Notes under the pieces: model-generated
Told to the model about the DNA's origin: nothing
The model's database searches: none
The model's input: only the letters and a program-made list of their open reading frames with translations
Made by a program: the position numbers and the translations under genes
Shown: positions 13,583 through 26,800 of the stretch, piece by piece
How the letters are laid out: every line of letters starts with the position of its first letter
How positions within the stretch are numbered: the first letter of the stretch is position 1
Source: Styela clava
Taxonomy: Eukaryota
NCBI RefSeq assembly: GCF_964204865.1
Contig: NC_135251.1
Coordinates: 30,070,001-30,134,000, forward strand
Direction: 5' to 3'
DNA length: 64,000 nucleotides

Positions 13583-14671
13583 CCCTCGCCATAAATTTCG
13601 TTCAATAAATATGGAAGTTCAGAAATAGATCATAACGTAGGCAGAGAAGATATAAAACTTTCCTCCTTCATTTTCAAACACTACAGACCTTCAAAAGACA
13701 TAGTACGCAAAGAGCATTAGAAACGCAGGTAGAATAAAATTGAAAATGTTAGACACCGATACAAAGCAACACATCATTTGTTTTTATCCAGTTGTGAGGA
13801 GTTTCTCCGCGAACGACTGAGATGTATAACACGCGATGGATACATATTTAGAGATACACACCAACTACTGAAACATGACAACAATATGACGTGTAACTCA
13901 AAAATGACATTCTTGTAGTCTAAAAATAAGACCAAAACCAGGAAGTCACATAAACTTGGATCAGTCATTGATCTGCACAAAAATAAAATATTACGTGAGG
14001 TGGTAATATAATAACAAATGAAATTCTTCCACGAAGTTTTAAAATTATTACAATTTAGCCAGTCTGAGCAAGAAATTTGAACAGAAACGCGATGCCTATA
14101 ATAAGCAGGATGGGATTTCTAAGGCAATATATCCAAATATATTCTATCTTGCACAAAGATTACGGTAGGCGCGCACAGGTTGGAACCCCGATGTTGCGGT
14201 TATCGAGTATACGTCGCGCTTGAAACTGAACTAAATCTAACTTATCGATGTCAAACAAACTTATGGGGTTAATGATATATCGTGGGTCGCCATAATGTTT
14301 TACTTGAATAAATATTTTGAGGTATTTTTTGTATTTTAATTCAAGAGTTCGAGCCTTATGAATCGCAAAGCCGTATTGGATTTGCAGATAAAAATTGTAC
14401 ATACATAAAAAGGTTTATTTGCGTTTGTCACATGTGTGAATCTGGAATTTTATGCAAGGAACACAATGTCAAACTGGCAACAATCTAACGTAAACAAGAA
14501 TTTCACACCGGTATTACTTATCAGTGACGTCACAAAGTTGTTCTATATGCGTCGATAGACCAACATATCTTGAAAGGCGAACGTAAGTCTATTATCTCCT
14601 TGTTTCTTGCATTTACTGCAGACAAGATTTTACAAGAAGCTTGAAAATGGACAATGTGCACGTTGGCGCAC

Positions 14672-15521
14672 TAGGGATGTAAGTTTCAGAATTTCGAATC
14701 GAAGCGATTCGAAACAACATCAATTCGAAGCAATTTGTGATAAATTGGCTTGATTCTATTTAAAATATTAATAATCTATATAATACGAGACGACGCGGCG
14801 GCGTGTCTCATCATCGACCAAAAGTGTTTATTTTGCCTATACGTTTATGAGTTCCCGAGTCGTAACACTCCGGGGTTCTTATATTTCATATGGGTTACAG
14901 CTTTAGAGGAAGCGATGGTTTCGCTCAATTTTTTTCAACCTATTCAAAATGTTAAGAAATTTTACAAATATGGCATTATATGAAAGTTTCTCTAAATTAC
15001 CTATATGTGATGTCATTATAATACCAACATTATTTCTTATTAAAACATAGGAGTGCCATGCTTCCCTCGGTATAATTTGCTTTCTTCAAAATCACGGCGC
15101 AAGTGGGACTAACGCATATTTCACTGACGTTTATCATTTGGATGATTTTTGAAGATTAATTTTGAAAATGCTAAATTTTTAGAATACAGCCTGAATTCAG
15201 TTAGACTACGGTGCCTTCCTCATTAAATTTTGAATGAATACTTGTTAAGGACGCGCCGTAATAGAAAAAAATATGTTTTGTTAGATAGAGGTACATTCAG
15301 TTATATTTACTTATTACATAAATTAATGTTTGTTTCTTTTAACTTTCATTCTTCAAGTTCAATATTGTTATTTAATCTTAATTTAGCTAAAGTTTTTCCA
15401 AATTTTAAGAAAGTTAACGATAATCTGATGTTATACTAAATAGAATCAGATTCGGAAATCTTCGAATCAGAACATTCCGACTCGGAATTCGAAAATAAAA
15501 TATCCCAAACTTACACCCCTA
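14672..15521 (+). mobile_element. hAT/Ac-type MITE (TAGGG...CCCTA)
   Basis: TIRs tagggatgtaagttt / aaacttacaccccta with subterminal ttcgaa repeats. A diverged inverted copy lies at ~49670-50511. Confidence 0.75.
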
Positions 15522-15940
15522 TTGGCACCCGAATATTGTTTATTAAGATGGTAAATGCTATTTTCGGCTGGCCACTGTACTGCTTCGTCGTCTTAATTAA
15601 AGTTGACCATTTCATTGACATATTTTGCCATGTCAATATCTTGATTTGGATTACCCCAATATATAAAGTTGAAAGTCTATAACTTTTTTCAACCTGATAT
15701 GTGGGAGAATGACGGTGTATTCAAAATGTCGTGTACCACGTTTCCCACTTGACAAGTGGGACACGACATTTTGGAGACACCCGGATAATGATTTAGAAAC
15801 TTTAGCTCAGACTAGAGTGTAGGTTCCCAACCGTCGGCCCGCGTAGTTTTTGTCGGTTGTATATGTATTGTATAATATATATTTGTTTTGTTATTGGTCT
15901 GTCGGTGTTGGTTAGATGCCAGACACTTGTTGACAACAGA

Positions 15941-16294
15941 TAAGGATAGGATAGGATTTACATATTTATCCCGGGGGAGAGGAAAGCCGATAAGACGGCT
16001 TATCCATATGGCGAACCACGGCCTCTCGTCCGGTTACCATTCCAAGTCGGGTATGGGATTAGTTTTTTACTGTATTTTATTTTTTTTTTTCGGAAGCATG
16101 GACTTGGTGGTGGAGGAAGCCGTAACCGACCAGCGGTTACGTGAACCACCTAACGACGGCGAGGAGTCCAGCAATCCTCTCGCACATAACCATCCCTGCA
16201 TGGGATTCGAACCTGCGAACCCACGCAGAGTAATTAGATGTGCGGTGGCGAGCGTATTCCTAACGCTTAGCCCGTTGAGCCACACCGCAGCGCC
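15941..16294 (-). mobile_element. tRNA-derived SINE, near full length
   Basis: Pol III A box TGGCTCAACGGG, B box GGTTCGAATCC, (atcct)n tail; closely similar to the copy at 27195-27535. Confidence 0.85.
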
Positions 16295-16393
16295 AGATCC
16301 TGGTTTTCAGTGTTGTGAATACTGGCAGTATGGAACAACTTTCCAATTTCGAGAAGCTCGCTACTAGACTTGGTATTTATAGTTTATTTATAC

Positions 16394-17623
16394 CAGTGGT
16401 CGGCAACCTTCTTCAAGTGACGGACCGGTGAAACCTGACCATAATTTTGGCGGACCACTTTTATACGAACAAACATAGATACAGTTAAATGCATATTACG
16501 AGTAAAAAAATTCATTTGGCATATTCGAAAACAAAAGTGATGCTATATTTAATCGAGATCTGCATTTGTTTGCTGCCCATTGACTGTTCCCCATTGGAAG
16601 ACATGGTCGATAGTGATACACGTAACATGTTACAGTGGCGTAGCAAGACTCTCGTGGGCCCCCCCGCAAAAATATTTTGTGAAAATGACCCTAAAAACTC
16701 TCGGACATAAGCTAAAACAACGCTTTTTTTATTTCGTAAAAAAGCATAACATGTCGCTATAAAAAGGCAATGGTAACCTAAAATTTGCCGTTTATCTTGG
16801 TTACTTTAATTTTTTCACATGTTCTTCCTCTTCTGCCCCTTTTCTGCGTTTCTGTGCGCCACTGAGAGGTTTTGCTTTCGACATCATTCTGACAGCCTTC
16901 GTAATTTTGTCGGTGCGATCAAACCACAAGACGCCGAAAATCGACGACTCCTTGGCATTGTTACGTAACAAAACAATTTGAGCAGACCTAACATCAACGT
17001 TACAAGATGTGCATTACTTGTTTTGCGTTGCAGCTTTTGGTTTGCGGCTTAAATTTCTAAATTCTAACCGCTTGGGCCCCTTTGCGCTGTGGGCCCTCCC
17101 GCGACCGCGGGGGTGGATGCTACGCCACTGGTTGCTTACGTCCTGCCTATTTCGGTGTTGACAAGACCATCCCATCGTTCAAAGAAGTTTCTAAGGATTC
17201 ATTGCCTCATTTGAGAGCTTAGTATGACAAAGATCGCAAACTGGACAAATTTCGTTGCTGTCACGTACGGTTACAAATCCAACAGTCACGTTGTTAGCGA
17301 GAATCATCATTTTGTTTAAGCGTATATATTTACGGTTTAAGACATCTTATTTAGACTGATGCGGAACTTTCTCACGCAGAGGCAAAATTGATGCAGCATT
17401 ATTGCGGCATATTGACGTAAAAATTATTTACGAAGTCAGACATGCTGCTCAGATGCATTGTATTTGTCTGTTTTGCTATTGGGTGATGTTTTTTTAGCTG
17501 TGGTTGTTAAATTGTTGGGGTGTTATTTGAGCCTTGTCGGTTTTTGTGTCAACCTTCTGCGGACCGGTAGTAACCTTTCCGCGGGCCTGCAATGGGCCGC
17601 GGCCCGGTGGTTGCCGATCACTG
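16394..17623. mobile_element. hAT non-autonomous element containing a nested second hAT element
   Basis: TIRs cagtggtcggcaacc / ggttgccgatcactg; TSD atttatac/gtttatac (7 of 8). Confidence 0.8.
16633..17130 (-). mobile_element. Nested hAT (Tip100/ZMYM1-like) deletion derivative
   Basis: TIRs cagtggcgtagc / gctacgccactg. Minus-strand 16884-16801 reads MSKAKPLSGAQKRRKGAEEEE, like the SGAQKRK start of this transposase group. Confidence 0.75.
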
Positions 17624-20544
17624 GTTTATACGGTCCATCTGCTAAACCGGACCTCACCCGGTGAATAACATAAATAACTATCTGTCGCGATCTCCTCAAT
17701 TTGGATGCGATGCATATTAGAACTGGCAATTGTCTTACATCGGCAAAATACCATCGGTGAAGTAGCAAATCAAAAAGTCTAACTAACAGTTGGAAAAATT
17801 GTTATTTTCATATTACAGTAGTTTGAAGTAAATTATTTCATTTACAATTAGATACATAGTTTATTTTTGTTAATTCGTGTTAATGCAACTCACGTAAGGA
17901 GATATTAACATTTTTTTTAAATGATAGAACCTTTTGCTAGTGAGTTCGATACAAAAGAGAATCCGTCTGACTCCCAGCGTTAGTTATACCCAACCGCGCG
18001 CGTCGAAAAACTAGGTTTAAAAAGCCCCAAAAAAATTCTTTTTTGTTTTGATATCCCAGCCCTATATTTGTAAATTGAATAACCAAACACCAGCGATTTT
18101 ATGAAAATTATCACTTTTAGAATTAAGGCGGAAGCAAGCTTTCTGCACCGTGTTTGCATCAAATGGCATACCCAATTTTACTATGATATTCAAGACCTCA
18201 GCGTGTACTTCAAATCAGAATATATATAATAAATAAGATGTTTGAATGAATCTTTGGGTAGAATTTGTTCACGAAAAACGAATCAAAAATTAATTATAAT
18301 CGCGCAGTTTACCACACATTTTGCTTTTGTTTTTGGTAAGTACGAAAATACAAATAAAAAAATACATATAATCGATCAGTTTACCACACATTTTGTGTAA
18401 ATTGCAGCGGTATTTTACAATAGTAATGCTAAGGTAAGTCGAGGCGCCAATGAGTTACGTTGAACAAAATTAAATTCCTGTACGTTACGGCATTTTAAAT
18501 GCTGGTACCGGTCATGGATTTGAATATTTTACGCGATAGAAAATCATCCTAGCAAAAGCCGATACTTCTAACTATTATTATCCAACTTTTTGGGGGTCAT
18601 GGTAACAATAACGGCTTAACATAATTTTCACTTTTTGGACGTAATGGAAATGAATGCATAAAAAAGAAGACATGCAAGGGAATGGCCGCAATGCCCATCA
18701 CGCAACCGTGCAAATTTTCCCAACCAAATGCGGGGCACACTCGCACAGAAGATAACAAACAATCAAAGTGCCGATTATATTTCATCGACATTATAATACG
18801 TGAAAACGCGCAGAAAATCCGTTGAAGATTTCCGCCGAAACACCTAGCTGACAACGAAAAGTTACTATCATTCGGAGTTATTCGAAAATTTACCGAAAAT
18901 ATATTCGATTCGTTTTGGACAATACCGCCTCGATTTATTTTAGCATCTAAAAAAACGATATTAAAGGTGGTCCCGCAAAGTAACACTCTCCTTGAAAGTG
19001 GGCCGCGATATAAAAAGGTTGAGAAGCGCTGAAATTTTGTGCACGATATTCGATATTCTTATACACACTAACAACGATATTCAAATGTCGTGATATTCGA
19101 ATATTAAAATCGAATTGGACATCCCCGGTGTCAATATATTTGGGCATTGCTCTCTTGTTTGTGTCATTCTATTACAATTACGGGATGGTTATTATAGTTG
19201 GTGTTAAAGTTATTTCTGTTTTACTGCGCTCCTTCCGCTGTTCTTGTAATAAATTTATTTGATGTATGTTAGATAAGTTCTGCTATCTATTCTAGATGCC
19301 TGCGATGGATTAAGATCAGTAGAGGCTCGTTTCTCTTCTCATGTAACGCGACGGTGGCTATGTTTTCCAGGGAACGAGGATCAAAAACCAAACGAAGTTC
19401 CAAGGTCTTCTGTCAAATGCTTTTATGATTTTGTTATCAGTTATTATTTATGTCTTTTTTTATCGCCTTTATGCTGACTATGGCATGGAGTCGAACCAAA
19501 TAGACAAAACGTTTATTTCGTCGTGCAAGAAATAGCAACAAAAATTTACAACAGATAAAAAATTATGCATTACAGTAACGGATTTCATTGCAATTGACAG
19601 AAAGTCGCGAAGGACCAGAAATGGTCATCATAAGTCAGCGACACCTAGATTTAAGACGAGTCAAAAGTAAAAATTGCCATAAAAGGAAGCAATGGATAAT
19701 AAGAGAAATTTAGTCATACAAATAAACAGGGAATGATATATATAAATCTTCATATACGGTAGCATTTGTGAGAAAGAAAAAAAAATTTAATTCGGGAAAA
19801 TTCATTTAGTACATTTAAGTTTTAAAATTAGTTCACCACATTATATGATTTACACCTGAATGACATTACTTACGACCGAGCGCATCCAAACTTATAAAAT
19901 CAAATAGCCAGGCAATTAAGAATGTTATCATCGTGGACCGTGGTCGTTGAACAGAAACATGCTCCCTGTGCCCTACCCATTGCCGAGCTAACCACAGGCG
20001 GCTTGAAAAGATTAGTAATTAAACCAGTGTATTACAACCCCTAGGCCACGGACCCAAATGAGTCTGTAGACATATTGGATACATTGATCATTTTTTATAA
20101 AAATAAACAATAATATTAAAAGTAATTAATATAAATAACAACAATAAGAATCGCATTTCTCTTAATTTCTATCGTATCAGTTTGCAAAACCTCCATCATT
20201 TGTTTACAACAATTGACCTTCTTGAGTGCGCGCTGCTATTGTGCAATAACATAGGTTTATTCATGTACGTTTTACTGATCATCCCAATTTATCTCACATT
20301 ATTATGTCCGCAGATTGCCGTGATATTTTATTGTAATGGTTTTATTTTGTCGTAAGTCGACGCAACCGCGAATTACGTTGGGTACAATTAAATTATTGAA
20401 GAACGACATTTTGAATTCTGGTAGTTGTCATGAATTGAATATCACGCGACAGAAAAAGTCATTGAACGCCGAAAACGTTTGATCGCAGCGACCTTTTCAG
20501 AAGCCATTGCATGGGAATTCCCGATTCCAGCATCTTGTGTCTCA

Positions 20545-21260
20545 GAGCACCAAACTGTAGTGAACCTTGAACTCCAGAAAGTTGATAATTGGCTCAGAGC
20601 AAATAAATTATCCCCGAATTATTCCAAAACAAAATCTATGTTGTTCTATATATAATATAAAACACCTTGTTACCAATTTTAGAGTAGGCGTTGGCAAATG
20701 GCAATAATACAATTTAACAAACTAAAATCATTAAATATTTGAGAGTCACAATTAATTGGGAAATGAGTTGGAAACCACATACAGCCCAGTTATTCAAGAA
20801 ATTATCGCAAACTCTTGGAATATTTTACAGATTAAGGCACTCCAAAACACTTAATTAGTATATATATTTCAGTTTATTTTACTCTCGTTTACAATATGGC
20901 TTACTTAGTTGGGGTTCAGCATCAAGGTCTTCCTTACAGTCAATACAAATTCTGCGCAAGTTTTAGGATGAATGGCATTCGCAGAGAAAAGTCGTGTAAC
21001 TAATTTGCAGCTTAACTATCAGTATGAAATCCTACAGCTGTCGGATATAGTGCTTAGTCTTTAAGGACTATTTCACCCCATTACAAAAAGCACCGTACAA
21101 GGTCTCAAATAAACGAAGATTATTTTACTCCGCAAGTGTCCACTGAGGTGAAAGAACGTCTTTGAAGTATATGAGTGTATAGGCTTGGGGCAATGTTCCA
21201 TCTGAAACCCAATAAAGTTATCCGCATGTTTTCAATAGGAAACTGAAATTTTTTTCCACT
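20545..21260 (+). mobile_element. Decayed LINE (CR1/L2/Crack group) ORF2 fragment
   Basis: Frameshifted translation VNLELQKVDNWLRANKLSPNYSKTKSMLF ... KYLRV ... SWKPHI ... IYFSLFYSRLQYGLLSWG, typical of the region just after the RT domain. Confidence 0.8.
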
Positions 21261-22230
21261 GAAAAAGGCTTACCCAAATTTGTCTACTTAATTAATACTT
21301 TAATTATATTAATATGCTTTTATAGTAAATGTGCCGAACCTTGTATTATAATACTATAAATTCAACTGCTTCGCATATTAAAACTGTATATTGAACGTCT
21401 TAATCCTCTTCCAACTTTTGTTATAAGTATAATTGAATGGTTTTTTTTTCGTCTTTTTTGACACATAACGATGTTTATTATTATTGTTTAATTCGAAAGC
21501 CATTGATAATAATACCTCCTATCTTTTTAATATTGTTAATCTGATTGCCTCGTTATTTTTCTCTTATATTTGAGTCGGTAGCTACTTGTCCAACAATATT
21601 TAATTCCAAAAACTAAATTAACAACCTATTATAAATATTTGTAAAATTTGAACTAAGCTCTTGATAATTGTCGAGACTCCAAAACTTCACGTGCCCAATT
21701 AACATCACGACTTGCATTATTAACTTTAATATATTTTATTGCTGCCTCAGTATATATTTACGCTACTATTTAGATGTACTGGTATAAGCGTTGGATTTCA
21801 CTTTAGCGCCACTGGTGCACATCTGGGGACAATGAATGAATCTGAGGACGCTCGTTGTTGCCAGTTTATTATATTTTATCTTTTGTTAAAATCAACCAAA
21901 TAAGAAATATTAGTTAAGTATGAATTGTGTATATTAAAGTTACATTTAGAATTGTGACATTAATAATATTGAATTTCAAAGAACTGAGGAAATAGATAAA
22001 TTATATATTTTCATTGATCTCTTTGATCATAATATGTATTCGAAGTTGGCAACATTATGTATCAATATTATTTTCGTTTTTCCCGCGTTACGATTTCCCG
22101 TTTAGAGATTCCGCTCTGGCGACAGTCCAGTCAGCTGTGCTTATTCCGCCGCTTTCCTTTCCAGTTTATTTTAAAGTTGTTGTTCTCATTTCACAAGCCT
22201 TGATATTGAAACGACGCATGCAATTGAACG

Positions 22231-23745
22231 ATGGCTAAAGTTCAAATTGTGAACGTGGAGGTATTAGATAATCCATCGTTGTTTTTCAATCCTTTCCAAT
22301 TTCAAATAACTTTCGATTGCATTGAAAATCTTTCTGATGGTGAGTATAAAACGTAGGTCTAATGTTTGATATTACTGTACCATGTACAGATGGATAACAA
22401 TATTATTATTGCAAATGGCTGTATGATCTCGCTCTACTGCCAAATTGTCAATAACATATGGCTGTATGGTATCAGTCGATGATTGGCAAGTTAGCGCACC
22501 TTGCAACCCTCAGACAATGTTTAACTCAAAATTTTGTGCATGCAGTCCAGGGATTGCTGAACTCGTTTTGTCATGGCTTTTGCAGGGTAGTAGGATAAGT
22601 TTTAAAAGACTCCTAGTGCTGTAGTGCAATAAGTCACTAGCACTACGGTACTATACAAATATTTTCTGCTTTCTATCACTGTTTGATGGTTTTGAAATTA
22701 CCTGTTACGTCTGAACATATACTGCAGTACTGGCAGACTGGTATAAGAGGATAAGCTCCAACAAAAAAGTAGCCGGGAATTATTAAACAGGCTGCTCGGA
22801 GTGAAAGCTTCCTGATATATTTTCTTAATATTTCTATTCATAGATTTGGAGTGGAAAATCATATATGTGGGATCTGCTGAAAGTGAACAACATGACCAAG
22901 AGTTGGATTCTGTGCTAGTTGGTCCAGTCCCTAGCGGACGGCATAAGTTTGTTTTCCAGGTTTGCTATATATGTTATATACTAATATGATCGCTAGGTGA
23001 AATTAAAACATCCATCCACTAAAGAACATTGCCACATGTGAAGAGAAATGTCAATTTGAGCTAGTTTATAGAACTATTAAAATGTTACTTACTACTATTA
23101 TATGGTTACTGAATTAGGGAGCTACCTTTTGCTAACATTAACTAATTTTTACCAGGCCGATCCTCCAAAAACTGAATTGATACCAGTGCAGGATGCTGTG
23201 GGTGTGACGGTTGTAATAATAACATGTACTTATCACACTAAGGAATTTATTCGAGTTGGTTACTACGTAAACAATGAATATGATGACTTGGAGCTCCGAG
23301 AAAATCCCCCTGAGAGCCCAGACTTTAGCAAGGTAAGATTTCATCAACGGTCGTTGACGACATTCTGAGCATTGTTTCTCACTGTATATTCGAACAACGC
23401 TAATGAGTAATATGCCATATTTCAATAGTAATAAATATATATTTTTTCTTTCGCCAGCTCACAAGGAATATACTAGACAGCAAGCCCAGAGTAACAAGAT
23501 TTAAAATAAACTGGGACAATAATGATGAAGAACTTGTCGCTGATGAGAATATTCCTCCGGATACAGACTTTGCTAACAGTTTAAATCACGATAATTCATC
23601 TGCATTATCGAGCTGCAATTCCAAAGCACCATTCGGACAGATATCAGGCAATGTGGCTGGCGAAGTTACGAGTAATGACAAATTTTGTAATCCCCCGTAT
23701 GAAAATAGTACGGACTCCATGGACATGCGGATGTTTGTAGAATGA
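22231..23745 (+). CDS. ASF1: Histone H3/H4 chaperone ASF1
   Basis: Exons 22231-22339, 22844-22959, 23156-23332, 23458-23745. [53 protein letters not shown]; acidic tail ending [14 protein letters not shown]. Confidence 0.97.
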
Positions 23746-23811
23746 ATCAAGTATATTGCACATTATTCCTTTCAATCGGGAGGTCGCTGCATGAAGAATC
23801 TAGATGGAGGA

Positions 23812-26800
23812 TCATTTTGCGACCGCATGGACAAGAATGTGATGAATGTAGTCAAACTCGTATGTCCTGTCAATTTCTATGTCCGTTATCCGCAAGCCCG
23901 ACACACCCTGTATAATAATTAGTTTTGATATATTAACGATTTTCTATTTTTCTTTTGAAAGCACAAGATACTGTTGTAATAAAGTTACCATTCATTAGTC
24001 GCTCTGCTATTTCGTAACAGGACTTGTGTATTGGCAGTAATTGCAAAGTTTATTATTTACTGTTGCACATACCAGTAATCCTGGTGTTATAGGAAGTAGA
24101 TCAAAATCGACCGAGGTCGAACACTTTGGTTCCAATTTCTTCAAATTAAATCCAGATATTCCCTTCCACAAAATATTTGTTTGATTCTCAAACGATACTG
24201 ATAAATTTTTTGGTCTTTCACTGGGAATAGAAGTAAAACATCAGATATAAAAACTAGCTCAGGAGGCTATTATCCTCAGTAGTAACAAATTTGTTATGTT
24301 GTTATAACAAATTTTGATATTACTGACTATATCATTGCGACAAATGATGAAAAGTTCGTTATTGAAGTCAATTTTCACTGAACAACAACGGTGTTTTGGA
24401 TATAAAGAACCAAAGAATGCAATTTTGACTTAGGATCTGTAATACCTCTTGGTGGTTCATCTATGACTATATGTGATGATCATATTGAAAATTAACATAA
24501 CATACAGTAAATATGTCCAGTCGTGTGTAATTTTATAATAACAATTACAACATCAACTTACCTGCAATTAGTTACTTGACATGACATTTTGAATGAATCC
24601 ATTGCCACAACTTCACTTGGCACACTCTTCACATCTATCCTTATGTCAGAGTGGCTAATAGGCTGAAATGAAATCAGCATGTGAAGAATGAGACATATGT
24701 TATTTTACACCAAAATAGGAGGCTCCTTTTCTGAACTTGTTGTACCGTGGATTTGATTAAATATATCTCTTTTTTATTATTAATATTTAAAATTGAGGAA
24801 ATAGCTAGGAGTTGTAAAAGATGGTGCATCGACCAGCACAGCTTAAAGAAAACTGCTCTTGGTCCTCCTAACCATGTATTATCGACTGAGCATTCTCACT
24901 TTCTAATTATTCATAAAACTTCCTAAATTTGTTTTGTACATGTTCAACAAATCTCACCGGTCTTTGAAGTTGACTAGTTTGAAGTCTTCCTCTTTCGCCA
25001 AGTGCAGTCTTCCATACAATGTCAAGCTTGCCAATCGCTGATGGTGCCTTGTCAAAAGCTTTGGATATGCTACCAGGTTTCATAATGAGTTGATATAAAT
25101 ATTGCCTTGTGTCCTTCGGCTTGAGGTATGGTTGACTCTCATAGGTGCTGAAATATATGATAATTGCCATGTTGCAAGGGATTTTTAGAAGCGAGGTGAT
25201 TAATTCAACTCTTCATAAGTATTCAATAATGAAAATATTGGGATTGAGGAAAAAACTTTTACCGAACCCTATAAAACACAGGGAACCATGACATGTTTTA
25301 TGTTCCCCAGCTGAAAAGCACTGTGATATACATAATTTACATATCACATCAAATAAGCCCAGAAAGTTGTTGGCACAGAAAAAAAAATCTTACCTTTGAT
25401 CGTCAATGGTGTTGAGAGGCATTGTAGTATAAAGAGATGATGGTTCAAAACTAACTTTCTCAATACACATTGCACTGTTTGTAATGTTCTGGATTTGAGC
25501 TTCAAGGAAAACTTCATGAGGCTAGCAATAAAATTTCAATAACAATATCAGTTTTAATCTTGGTGAATTTTCTGTAATAGCTCAAATTCTTTTTATAGTA
25601 CCAATGGAAGTTTTGGACATAATTAATCACTTTTAATTGAACAATATACACATCACTTCTGCTATATTTTTATGAAACTAATATAAAAATATTATATTCA
25701 AACCTCAGTATTATAAAATTTTGTTTTGACATCCAATGGCTTCAATACTTGAAACTTGAAGAATTTTCGGAAAAAATTTTGCACACCTGCATTTTTATAT
25801 GAAACACTGCAAACCAATCTGAAATAAATAGGATTTCATAATTCATCAGCATCAAATGATGTGTTTCGTTTAAATTCTTTTTCCATCTCTGTATATATTT
25901 CCTTTTTTGTACAAAAAAACAATCAACTATAGTACCAGAATCTCAGCAAATCCGTGAAATAAACTAAGTGTGTGTGGTATTTCAATATAGGGAATTAAAT
26001 TCACAAAATTCCAGTACATGTGAGTTCCAAGCTCCTTTACTTCATGTCTCATGACATCATCAATGGAATTTTCAGGCGATAAAACGTCTCGTGAGGCAGG
26101 CTGCGTTAAGCTAATTCTCTGCGAGCCAGTTTGCAGATCTGCCTATAAAAAAACAACGATCAATTTGAATATTATCACAATTCAAATATTACTGAACAAT
26201 GAACATCTTCGGAAAAATTCAAAACTATTGCCTTGAATTTTTGTAGTAAAGGGAGTACTTTAATTGAGGCAATATTATAATTCAGGTGAATTTTTTTGCT
26301 GCATACAATTCTCAAGGCAGATGGTTACTCCCTTTATTAATATATGAAGCCCTTAGGGTTATAAATGTATAATATATAAAAAACCTTGACAACGACATCT
26401 GTTGCTTCCTGTGTACTATCATTATGTACACTGATGTAACTGACGAATGTTTCACCCAGAAAAATATTTCCAAAGCTTTGTGGAAGTGACAACAGTTGTT
26501 CTGAAACAAAATTGCACTTGATGTGAATAATAGTTGACATTAAATAAATTTGCCTGGACGAAGCAAATGCACATCTACACAATGAGCCACTGACTGCCAA
26601 GAGTAAATAATATTGTTGACTGGCCTTTAAACAATGTACTATGCAACAAGAAAGATATTCCAGGGAGGAAGAAATAAATTTGCATAGAATATCAAATCAA
26701 GCATGCTTACCTGTGCATAATCCAGATCCCAAATCTCCAATCTTGTTTGATGAATTTGTATCTTCAACATGTGATAGTGAGATAGGCATCAACATTGAAG

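Noticed and set aside
15888-16367. 159-aa ORF, with a similar 98-aa ORF at 27253-27549
   Set aside because: Both are antisense readings of the same SINE family, not paralogous proteins.
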